32,000 bases of DNA from Formosa sp. Hel1_33_131. Lineage in GTDB: Bacteria > Bacteroidota > Bacteroidia > Flavobacteriales > Flavobacteriaceae. The DNA is taken from contig NZ_CP017260.1 in assembly GCF_001735745.1 (NCBI RefSeq), forward strand, positions 1,200,001 to 1,232,000. Reading direction: 5' to 3'. Of the stretch, positions 17,287 to 24,536 are shown one piece after another. The first letter of the stretch is position 1; every line of letters starts with the position of its first letter. Both the position numbers and the translations under genes were made by a program. The notes below the pieces were generated by a model that saw only the letters and a list, made by a program, of their open reading frames with translations, was not told the origin of the DNA and did not search any database.

Positions 17287-18669
17287 TCAATCAACAACAC
17301 CTTCCTCAAAGCATTTTTTAAAGTATGCATTCATTTGAGTTTTTTCAAGCATATGGTCTGGTATTGAAACTAAACTTGTTTTAAACAGTTTGTCTAAATT
17401 ATGATGTTCTAGTATTACATCACTAAATAGTTTACGAACTCTATCTTCTAATAGGTTTTTTACAAGCAAAATATCCTTTTCAGTAGTTAAAATACAATCG
17501 TGTATGATTAATGCAAATTTATCATTTGGTATTTTTTTATACACCTCAACAAATATATCAGCTTCTGCACTTTGTCCTAGAAAACTCACTTTCTTGTAAC
17601 CCGAGTTCTTTTTAATTGCATTAACCCACATCATTACATTAGGGAATAACCTACTTAATTCTTTATTTGGTTGAGTTGGTTTATTTTCTGCATTAATTGC
17701 TGATAGAATACTCTTTTTAAGTTTCTCATAACTTAAACCTTTAAAGTATCCAGAGTTCTCTTGAACATATACATATATACCTCCACTTAAAAGAAGTTTA
17801 AGGCAATGGTTGTATTCCTTTTCAACGTGTTTGATGTTGTTCTTTTGAGCGTATTTTAACCATTCTAAAAAAATAATTGACGGTTGAGCTGAACACATAT
17901 CTACTTCCCAAATTAACTCATTAGACTTGGTTCTGATGCTTTCTCTAATTAGTTTTGGCATTGAGGCTATCACGTGATATATTCTACCAGATTTAGAAAT
18001 GGTAGGTGTATAATTTATGGAAGAGTTAAATAATACTTTTGGGTCTGTAACCTTGTTAAGTGCATAAAAGGAATTGTAAAACGCATCATATCGGTCAACT
18101 CTAAATTGGTTTACGGGTTCAGAGATGTCTACTTGACCATTTTTAGTTTCAACATAGATTGAACTTGGCAATATTCTTTCAACGTAATAAAACGGTTCTT
18201 CTACAACAAACAACTTTGATGTATTAACTAATATTTTCCTTAATACAGGATTTGAAAAAGTGTCTTCATAATTAAGTTCTTTTAAAGCATTTAATTTTGT
18301 GTTGAACTTTTTAGAATATACAATAGTATTTTTGACGCCTAACTTAATTGCTTTTGGGGTTAAAGCAAATGATTTTGAGAATTTACTTGTTGAATATTTA
18401 GGATTTTCTATTATGATGCCTAATCCAATCAAACATAATTGAATGTCTTTATATGTCCTATCGCCTATATATTTTTTTAATAATTGTGATTGTAGATTAA
18501 GGTGTTTACCATATGGTTCATTTAGTTTTATGTGTAACCTTATAATAGAAGATATAAGCCAATTACACCTGTCAAGCAATAACAGTTTTTTATCTCTTGT
18601 TTTTTGATTATTAAACTGTGTTGAGGTTATAAGTAAATCAGCAAAACCCTTTATGGTATATTGTTTCAT
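17287..18669 (-). CDS. Hypothetical protein with family-A (Pol I/T7-like) polymerase-like motifs
   Basis: 460 aa. By-eye motif series in the expected order: SGRIYHVIASMPKLIRES (cf. TGRLSS..PNLQNIP), EVDMCSAQPSIIFLEWL (cf. DYSQIELR motif A), KKSILSAINAE (cf. RRSAKAINFG motif B), FALIIHDCILT (cf. VHDE motif C). No search was run. Confidence 0.35.
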   Translation of the reverse strand: MKQYTIKGFADLLITSTQFNNQKTRDKKLLLLDRCNWLISSIIRLHIKLNEPYGKHLNLQSQLLKKYIGDRTYKDIQLCLIGLGIIIENPKYSTSKFSKSFALTPKAIKLGVKNTIVYSKKFNTKLNALKELNYEDTFSNPVLRKILVNTSKLFVVEEPFYYVERILPSSIYVETKNGQVDISEPVNQFRVDRYDAFYNSFYALNKVTDPKVLFNSSINYTPTISKSGRIYHVIASMPKLIRESIRTKSNELIWEVDMCSAQPSIIFLEWLKYAQKNNIKHVEKEYNHCLKLLLSGGIYVYVQENSGYFKGLSYEKLKKSILSAINAENKPTQPNKELSRLFPNVMMWVNAIKKNSGYKKVSFLGQSAEADIFVEVYKKIPNDKFALIIHDCILTTEKDILLVKNLLEDRVRKLFSDVILEHHNLDKLFKTSLVSIPDHMLEKTQMNAYFKKCFEEGVVD

Positions 18670-19035
18670 AAAACTGCACTACATATGATATGTTAGGACA
18701 CTAAATTAAAGTAAAATTATGAACTTTAAGTGGACTAGCATATTAGAAACTATTATTTCATTTGTATATGTGAGAATTCAGTATAAAATCAGTTAACTAA
18801 ACATTTAATTTTGAATTATATAACAGCAGTGGTTTTTTGAAGTCCTCAAAGACGCAAAAAAACATTTAGCTTAATAGATAGAAAAAAATTACCTAAACAA
18901 ACAGCTAGAAATAAAATTAGGTCTTTCTTAAATCTTTAATCTAATTGAAAAAACATTGATTAATCAAACTCTTTTTATGATGTAAATTGTTTAATTTTAA
19001 TTAGATTTGTTTGAACAAAATAAATTATGAATTAA

Positions 19036-19737
19036 ATGAAAAAACTACTCTTAGTCTCTACTTTACTTGTCTTTGGCTTTAGTTTTTCCCAGACACTTAC
19101 AGTTGTTGAAGGTAGCATTATTACCATTGACGCTAATAGTTCAGTAACAATAGACGGACTTCAGTTAGCGCCAAGCACTACTTATACTATTGCTGGTCCC
19201 AATGCATTTGATCATACATCAACCCCAATTGTTGTGGGGGATAACTCCAGCATTGAAAGAGTTTATGAGTTGTCTGAAGAATTATCTGATTATTCAGGAC
19301 TAATTTCTTTTCGTTATTTAGATTCTGAACTCAATGGTATTGACGAAGCAGAATTAGTTCTAGAAGTATTGGATGCCAACGATGTTTGGAACAATGTTGC
19401 TCCAAACATTGATGATACAAACAACATATTGAGTTATGATTTCACAGAACTTGTTGGATTTAAAAAAATTACTGCAAGTGCTTCATCAGCAACACTCACC
19501 ATAAAAACAGAAACACTAAATGATATCGTACGTGTTTACCCAAATCCAACAACCGATAAAATAATTATAGTTTCTAATTTTGCGCAACACTCAACATTGT
19601 TCAATACAGCAGGTCAAAAAATATTAGAATCAAATGCCTTAGAACTGGATGTTACAGACTTACCAACAGGTGTTTATTTACTGAATTTACAAAACACACA
19701 AAACCAAATTTCAACATTTAAAATCATAAAACAATAA
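19036..19737 (+). CDS. Secreted protein with T9SS C-terminal sorting domain
   Basis: Signal peptide MKKLLLVSTLLVFGFSFSQ and C-terminal VRVYPNPTTDKIII...GVYLLNLQN...FKIIKQ. Confidence 0.75.
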   Translation: MKKLLLVSTLLVFGFSFSQTLTVVEGSIITIDANSSVTIDGLQLAPSTTYTIAGPNAFDHTSTPIVVGDNSSIERVYELSEELSDYSGLISFRYLDSELNGIDEAELVLEVLDANDVWNNVAPNIDDTNNILSYDFTELVGFKKITASASSATLTIKTETLNDIVRVYPNPTTDKIIIVSNFAQHSTLFNTAGQKILESNALELDVTDLPTGVYLLNLQNTQNQISTFKIIKQ

Positions 19738-19738
19738 G

Positions 19739-20599
19739 ATGAAAAAAATCACATTAATAGCACTTATGCTGTTCACAGCATTGGGTTACGCACAAGTAGG
19801 TATCAACACAAATAACCCTGATGCCTCTTCGGCATTAGAGATTGAATCCACTACAGGTGGAATTTTAATTCCAAGACTCACAGAGACCCAGCGTGATGCG
19901 ATTAGCTCTCCAGCAACTGGATTAATGATATACCAAACAGATGGTACAGTAGGTTTTTACTATTACAATGGCAGTAGTTGGGCTAACGTTGGTTATACAG
20001 AAGCATTGGTTTCAGCCAATACAGATGTAGCAGCTAACACATTAAAAGTAGGATATACAGAAGCATTAGTTTCTGCAAATACAGCTGTAGCAGCAAATAC
20101 CGCTAAGGTTGGTGTTACAACACACGCCATTGGTGATAGCTTTGGTGGAGGTATTGTGTTTTTCGTGTATGATGGCGGACAACATGGCTTAATTGCTGCT
20201 ACTGCCGACCAAAGTGCAGGTATCCGTTGGTATGGAGGTTCATATACTTATACTCGTGCCAGAGCAGATGGTATTGGTGCTGGTTTAAAAAATACCGCCA
20301 TCATTATTGCTAACCAAGGCCCGGTTGACGGTAGTGCTTTTGCGGCAACTGTTTGCAACGAGTATTCAGTGACTGTAGATGGTGTTACTTATGGCGACTG
20401 GTATTTACCCTCTAAACACGAGTTAGACTTATTGTACATAGAAAGAGATACGGTTGGCGGTTTTACAACCAATTACTACTGGAGTTCTACGGAGGGCGAT
20501 AACATAGTCGTGTGGGTACAGGTTTTCGGCAATGGTGCTCAGAACAACGACGGTAAGGGCAGCACGGCCAATAGCGTGCGTGCAGTTCGAGCTTTTTAG
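19739..20599 (+). CDS. DUF1566/C-type-lectin-fold protein, candidate DGR target A
   Basis: Signal peptide, conserved N-domain (AQVGINTNNPDASSALE...[21 protein letters not shown]), two 20-aa repeats, and C-terminal WYLPSKHEL...YYWSSTE...WVQVFGNG...SVRAVRAF. Confidence 0.8.
   Translation: MKKITLIALMLFTALGYAQVGINTNNPDASSALEIESTTGGILIPRLTETQRDAISSPATGLMIYQTDGTVGFYYYNGSSWANVGYTEALVSANTDVAANTLKVGYTEALVSANTAVAANTAKVGVTTHAIGDSFGGGIVFFVYDGGQHGLIAATADQSAGIRWYGGSYTYTRARADGIGAGLKNTAIIIANQGPVDGSAFAATVCNEYSVTVDGVTYGDWYLPSKHELDLLYIERDTVGGFTTNYYWSSTEGDNIVVWVQVFGNGAQNNDGKGSTANSVRAVRAF
19991..20110 (+). repeat. Two tandem 60-bp (20-aa) repeats inside target A
   Basis: GYTEALVSANTDVAANTLKV / GYTEALVSANTAVAANTAKV, absent from paralog B. 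Confidence 0.9.
20474..20572 (+). other. DGR-type variable region (VR-A)
   Basis: 99 bp aligned codon-for-codon with 21833-21931, with 24 differing positions. 22 of the 24 fall at codon positions 1-2. Setting each differing position to A yields an inferred template with nine AAC and two AAT codons. Confidence 0.65.
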
Positions 20600-20630
20600 T
20601 TATTTAATTATTTATCAATTTAATTTAATG

Positions 20631-20642
20631 CCGCGTAAGCGG
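20631..20642 (+). promoter_or_regulatory. GC stem with GNRA-type loop downstream of VR-A (DGR hairpin-like)
   Basis: ccgc-GTAA-gcgg lies within a segment (20573-20667) that is nearly identical to the segment after VR-B. Confidence 0.45.
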
Positions 20643-20719
20643 ACGATTTTTATTTTTTAAAAATGGTAATAAAACAATTACTAAAAGATCAAACACACTA
20701 TAAAAAGCGAAACACACCA

Positions 20720-20896
20720 ATGAAACAATTATTCACATTTTTAGCGGCAGTATTATTAACTGCAACAACGTATGCCCAAGTGGAAAGCCCTTCACAGAAA
20801 GAGACACTATCTACAGTAGGTTTGAAGACTGGAGTTTACATCTTAAAAGTACAGGCAGAAAACATTGTTTTCACAAAAAAATTAGTCATAGAATAA
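20720..20896 (+). pseudogene. Deletion remnant: signal peptide fused directly to the end of a T9SS sorting domain
   Basis: [21 protein letters not shown], near-identical at the nucleotide level to the start of the 21116 gene, is followed after a short linker by GVYILKVQAENIVFTKKLVIE. There is no mature domain between them. Confidence 0.5.
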
Positions 20897-20905
20897 GCAT
20901 TCCAC

Positions 20906-21070
20906 ATGAAAAAAACAGAAAACACACCTAACGGTACCGATGATATCAGTAGAAAAGAGGCCATAAAGAAAATGGGAAAGTATGCTGCACTCACAGCGAT
21001 GGGAACATTTATGATTCTAAACCCTAAAAAGGCACAAGCTGCATCTGTACCTCCAAGTCCTGGTTGGTAA
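20906..21070 (+). CDS. Unannotated 54-aa ORF (Tat-signal-like / leader-like small protein)
   Basis: ATG at 20906, double stop taataa at 21068. MKKTENTPNGTDDISRKEAIKKMGKYAALTAMGTFMILNPKKAQAASVPPSPGW. Below the ORF-track size cutoff. Confidence 0.35.
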   Translation: MKKTENTPNGTDDISRKEAIKKMGKYAALTAMGTFMILNPKKAQAASVPPSPGW

Positions 21071-21115
21071 TAAAAGAAACTAAAAAAAGAAAAACAACTA
21101 TTAAAAAACACACCA

Positions 21116-21958
21116 ATGAAAAAATTATTCACATTTTTAGCAGCAGTATTATTAACTGCAACAACGTATGCCCAAGTGGGTATAGGCACAACAACTCCAG
21201 ACGCTTCGTCTGCTTTAGATATTACCTCTACCACAAAGGGGTTATTAATGCCAAGAATGACAGCAGCCCAGCGTGATGCGATTAGTCCAGCAGCCACAGG
21301 ATTAATGATATACCAAACAGATGGTACAGCAGGTTTTTACTATTACAATGGTAGTAGTTGGGAGGGGTATTATTCTAAAAATGAGGTAGACACATTGATT
21401 GCCAATCTTCAAACTCAGATTACTCAGATTACTAATAATGCAATCAGTGTAGGTGATTTTCTCCAAGGCGGCGTTGTTTTTCACCTATTTGAAGAAGGAG
21501 AAACAGGTTATGTTGCAGGACAAATCCACGGTTTGATTGCAGCAGTAGCAGACCAGAGTTCTGGTATACGATGGTATAATGGCAGTTATGATACTACAGG
21601 GGCAACAGGGACTGTTATAGGCACAGGAGCTACCAATACAACGACAATTATAAGTGAACAAGGCCCAACCGAAACATCTTATGCAGCAGGCCTGGCAAGG
21701 GCATATACTGGAGGAACAACACATACAGATTGGTTTTTACCCTCAAAAGATGAGTTAAACAAAATGTATTTAAATAAGGCAACTATAAACACTACAGCTG
21801 CAGCAAATAGTGGTAGTGATTTTTCTGCTAATAACTACTGGAGTTCTACGGAGTACGATAGCAATACCGCGTGGGTACAGTATTTCGGCAATGGTGGTCA
21901 GGGCTACTACGATAAGGTCAACACCTACGTTAGCGTGCGTGCAGTTCGAGCTTTTTAG
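21116..21958 (+). CDS. DUF1566/C-type-lectin-fold protein, candidate DGR target B
   Basis: Same architecture as target A but without the 20-aa repeats. C-terminal WFLPSKDEL...[41 protein letters not shown]. Confidence 0.8.
   Translation: MKKLFTFLAAVLLTATTYAQVGIGTTTPDASSALDITSTTKGLLMPRMTAAQRDAISPAATGLMIYQTDGTAGFYYYNGSSWEGYYSKNEVDTLIANLQTQITQITNNAISVGDFLQGGVVFHLFEEGETGYVAGQIHGLIAAVADQSSGIRWYNGSYDTTGATGTVIGTGATNTTTIISEQGPTETSYAAGLARAYTGGTTHTDWFLPSKDELNKMYLNKATINTTAAANSGSDFSANNYWSSTEYDSNTAWVQYFGNGGQGYYDKVNTYVSVRAVRAF
21833..21931 (+). other. DGR-type variable region (VR-B)
   Basis: See VR-A. Nucleotide similarity between the paralogs starts abruptly at the VR and continues past the stop codon. 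Confidence 0.65.
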
Positions 21959-21988
21959 TTATTTAATTATTTATCAATTTAATTAGTG

Positions 21989-22000
21989 CCGCGTAAGCGG
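21989..22000 (+). promoter_or_regulatory. GC stem with GNRA-type loop downstream of VR-B
   Basis: The same ccgcGTAAgcgg element as at 20631, located between the target stop and the Avd-like start. Confidence 0.45.
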
Positions 22001-22020
22001 ACGATTTTTATTTTTTAAAA

Positions 22021-22209
22021 ATGGCATTACACACAGCGCTTCCTGTATATAGGGATACATATAAATTGGTATTAGAAATTTTTGTAAGTACCAAAAATTT
22101 CCCTAAAGAATACAAGTATAGTTTGGGTAGAGATATGGAGCGTGATGTGCTGGTTTTAATGCGCTGTATATATCGTGCGCTGTTAAAACGTAACTTTAGT
22201 TTCCAGTAA
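22021..22209 (+). pseudogene. Truncated four-helix-bundle (Avd / 23S rRNA-IVS-like) protein
   Basis: MALHTALPVYRDTYKLVLEIFVSTKNFPKEYKYSLGRDMERDVLVLMRCIYRA matches the first half of Avd-type proteins. It then diverges and stops at 62 aa, about half the usual length. Confidence 0.55.
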
Positions 22210-22340
22210 CCTAACTTTTAGAACACAATATAACCCATTTCCAGTTATCTTTTTATACCTCCCGAGCAACCTTTGGAGCAACTCTAAAAACCAAAAAACC
22301 CGTAAATCATTGTTTATAAATGAGTTACGGGATTATTTTG

Positions 22341-22361
22341 TGGTACCTCCAGGAATCGAAC
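22341..22361 (-). other. Isolated 3'-terminal fragment of a different tRNA (T loop to discriminator); att-core remnant
   Basis: The reverse complement gttcgattcctggaggtacca reads as T loop, 3' T stem cctgg, acceptor aggtacc and discriminator a. The matching 5' T-stem strand is absent, so this is not a gene. It lies about 160 bp upstream of xis. Confidence 0.6.
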
Positions 22362-22523
22362 AGAAGTTTATTTATCAACATAATTCGTGCACTAATATTT
22401 TACAAACTTCTCTAACACCAATCAACTTAAATTAATCTAAATGCCGCATAAAAACTGGGCTTATTTTAAATTTGGGGATTGATTTTAAAAATAATTTTAT
22501 GTATACTTTTAAAAAAGAAAAGG

Positions 22524-22742
22524 ATGGATAAACGATTAATCACAATTGGAGAAGCTGCTACTTACTTAGGTATTTCCGTTTCACATTTATATAAAATGTG
22601 TTCTATGAGGAGTATCGATTTTTATAAGATTGGGAGGTCTAATAAGTTTTTAATTGCAGATTTAAATGAATTTATATCAAAAAATAAAATCAGCAAAAAG
22701 AAAGAATCAATGGTTAAGTTAAAACTTTCAATAAAAATATGA
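22524..22742 (+). CDS. Helix-turn-helix excisionase/AlpA-like DNA-binding protein
   Basis: 72 aa from MDKRLITIGEAATYLGISVSHLYKMC...FYKIGRSNKFLIADLNEFI. The stop overlaps the integrase start. Confidence 0.7.
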   Translation: MDKRLITIGEAATYLGISVSHLYKMCSMRSIDFYKIGRSNKFLIADLNEFISKNKISKKKESMVKLKLSIKI

Positions 22743-24013
22743 CAACAATAAAACAAGTATTTGATTATAGAACACCGAGAGTAAATGGAGAAATTCCTGT
22801 ACGATTGCGGGTGACACACAACCGAAAAACAACCCACATTTCATTGAATGCGTCTTTAACTGAAGTTCAAATAAAAAAGATAGAACAAGGTAAGGTCGAT
22901 AAAGAATTATCTCATTTCATAAAGGAATTGAATGATCTTACTTATAACGCTCAAAAAGTAGCTGCAAAATTAGAACCATTTTCAATAAGTGAATTGAAAC
23001 GTCAACTTTCAAATTCCAATACTTCAAAAAACAATAAAGATCATTTACTCGTAGATATCATTCAACTGAAAATAAAGAAACTTGAAGAAAATCAGCAATA
23101 TAAATCTAAGGGTCATTATAAGACACTTTTAAACATGATTACAACCTTTGATTCATCTCTACTATTAAAGGATGTAGATCAAGATTTTTTACACGATTTT
23201 GAACAATTTTACATAGACGGAAGAATCGAAAAAGATGGAGAAAGTCAATTAGAAAATTACTATAATACCTTAAGTATTTATTTTAGAAACCTTAAAGCGG
23301 TTATAAATTTAGGTGTAGATCACAAAATGTTAGATCATACCTACGAGTTTCCTTTTGGGAAGAACAAATACATCATTAAAACATATAATACAGAAAAAGA
23401 AATCTTTTCTGTGGATCAGGTTAATAGTTTAATGACTTTTAACTCTTTTGATACAAAATACCAAGAGAACGCACATGACCATTGGAAAGTCTGTTTTTTG
23501 TGCAACGGCAGTAATATGTCAGATGTTTTACAATTCAAATGGACCGATATAGATGATGATATTATTTCATTTGTGAGACAGAAAACTGAGAATAGAACAA
23601 AGACCGTCAGGAAACTCTCTATCCCAATTATAAAACCTTTAAGAGAATTAATAGACAGAATAGGAAATAGAGAAAGTGAATACATCTTTGGAGGATTTAG
23701 AACCCCACCCAAGAAGACAACAATACAAAATAAGGTTTCTAAAATGTGTAAAGGATATAACAAACACCTAAAAGTGATAGGAGTTAAAATTGGATTACCC
23801 ATTCCTTTGACCATATCCACCTCAAGACATAGTTACGGGAATTACCTTGCTAAAAATGGAGTTCCATTAGAAAGGATTGCAGAAATGATGGGTCACAAAG
23901 ATAAACAGCGGTTTACAACATATCATTACATCGGTAGTTTGGATAAAAAGATATTATTCGAAACGAAACAAACAAACATGCTCTTCGACTCGAACGTAAA
24001 ATTAAACAAATGA
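22739..24013 (+). CDS. Tyrosine-type site-specific integrase; the last ~19 codons, including the stop, are read from array-unit sequence
   Basis: 424 aa with the catalytic region ...SRHSYGNYLAKNGVPLERIAEMMGHKDKQRFTTYHYIG. From about 23957 the ORF runs into GIY-YIG unit sequence in another frame (…ETKQTNMLFDSNVKLNK*). Confidence 0.8.
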   Translation: MTTIKQVFDYRTPRVNGEIPVRLRVTHNRKTTHISLNASLTEVQIKKIEQGKVDKELSHFIKELNDLTYNAQKVAAKLEPFSISELKRQLSNSNTSKNNKDHLLVDIIQLKIKKLEENQQYKSKGHYKTLLNMITTFDSSLLLKDVDQDFLHDFEQFYIDGRIEKDGESQLENYYNTLSIYFRNLKAVINLGVDHKMLDHTYEFPFGKNKYIIKTYNTEKEIFSVDQVNSLMTFNSFDTKYQENAHDHWKVCFLCNGSNMSDVLQFKWTDIDDDIISFVRQKTENRTKTVRKLSIPIIKPLRELIDRIGNRESEYIFGGFRTPPKKTTIQNKVSKMCKGYNKHLKVIGVKIGLPIPLTISTSRHSYGNYLAKNGVPLERIAEMMGHKDKQRFTTYHYIGSLDKKILFETKQTNMLFDSNVKLNK

Positions 24014-24536
24014 AAAGCCGAGTTTTTATTGAGAATTTGAAAAAATATCCAGAACTAGTAGATAAAATAAAAAAGCAAACGAGCATCTGACTCCCCCGAT
24101 AGCTATCGGGGCAGAGGGTCCTTGGTTCGAGCCCAAGTGGGACCACAAATAAAAGCAGCTCTAGGGCTGCTTTTTTATATCAAAACCAGATCGATGCCCT
24201 TTTGTTATATCATATACAGCCCTCAACTTGATTCGTATTACACAGGATCATGTGCTAACTTTGACTTAAGACTGAAAGCTCATAACTCCAAAAAATACGT
24301 CGCTTCTTACACCTCCAAGTCTGACGACTGGAAACGCTTTTTGGTAATTCAAACAGAAACAAACAAACATGCTCTTCGACTCGAACGTAAAATTAAACAA
24401 ATGAAAAGCCGAGTTTTTATTGAGAATTTGAAAAAATATCCAGAACTAGTAGATAAAATAAAAAAGCAAACGAGCATCTGACTCCCCCGATAGCTATCGG
24501 GGCAGAGGGTCCTTGGTTCGAGCCCAAGTGGGACCA
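23957..24536 (+). repeat. Second part of the 391-bp array: 3' ~40% of one unit plus one complete unit and the terminal tRNA 3' half
   Basis: tRNA 3'-half copies at 24112-24145 and 24503-24536, both the cttgg/ccaag T-stem variant. The unit sequence belongs to subfamily 2. Confidence 0.9.
24194..24481 (+). CDS. GIY-YIG nuclease-family protein, array copy 6
   Basis: 95 aa, subfamily 2 (YVASYTSK, RLERK, C-terminal QTSI). Confidence 0.75.
   Translation: MPFCYIIYSPQLDSYYTGSCANFDLRLKAHNSKKYVASYTSKSDDWKRFLVIQTETNKHALRLERKIKQMKSRVFIENLKKYPELVDKIKKQTSI

Larger units (their letters stand above)
17072..23956. mobile_element. Composite genomic island splitting the tRNA/GIY-YIG array
   Basis: Bounded on the left by the end of a 57-bp perfect direct repeat (17015-17071 = 24494-24550). 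Bounded on the right by the point (about 23957) where array-unit sequence resumes in the middle of the GIY-YIG ORF. Contains xis/int, a tRNA 3' fragment of a different tRNA, DGR-like remnants and a polymerase-like ORF. Confidence 0.7.

Noticed and set aside
20836-21724. Minus-strand ORFs of 153, 60 and 79 aa overlapping the DGR-target genes
   Set aside because: They are antisense to well-supported plus-strand genes, with low-complexity Cys/Ile-rich or Phe-rich composition and no recognisable motifs.
17072-24013. DGR template repeat or reverse transcriptase inside the island
   Set aside because: I looked for any third copy of tactggagttctacggag / ttcggcaatggt / gtgcgtgcagttcgagc and for an ORF with RT motifs (YxDD). 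Neither is present. The 460-aa ORF has HD, not YxDD, and looks Pol A-like rather than RT-like.
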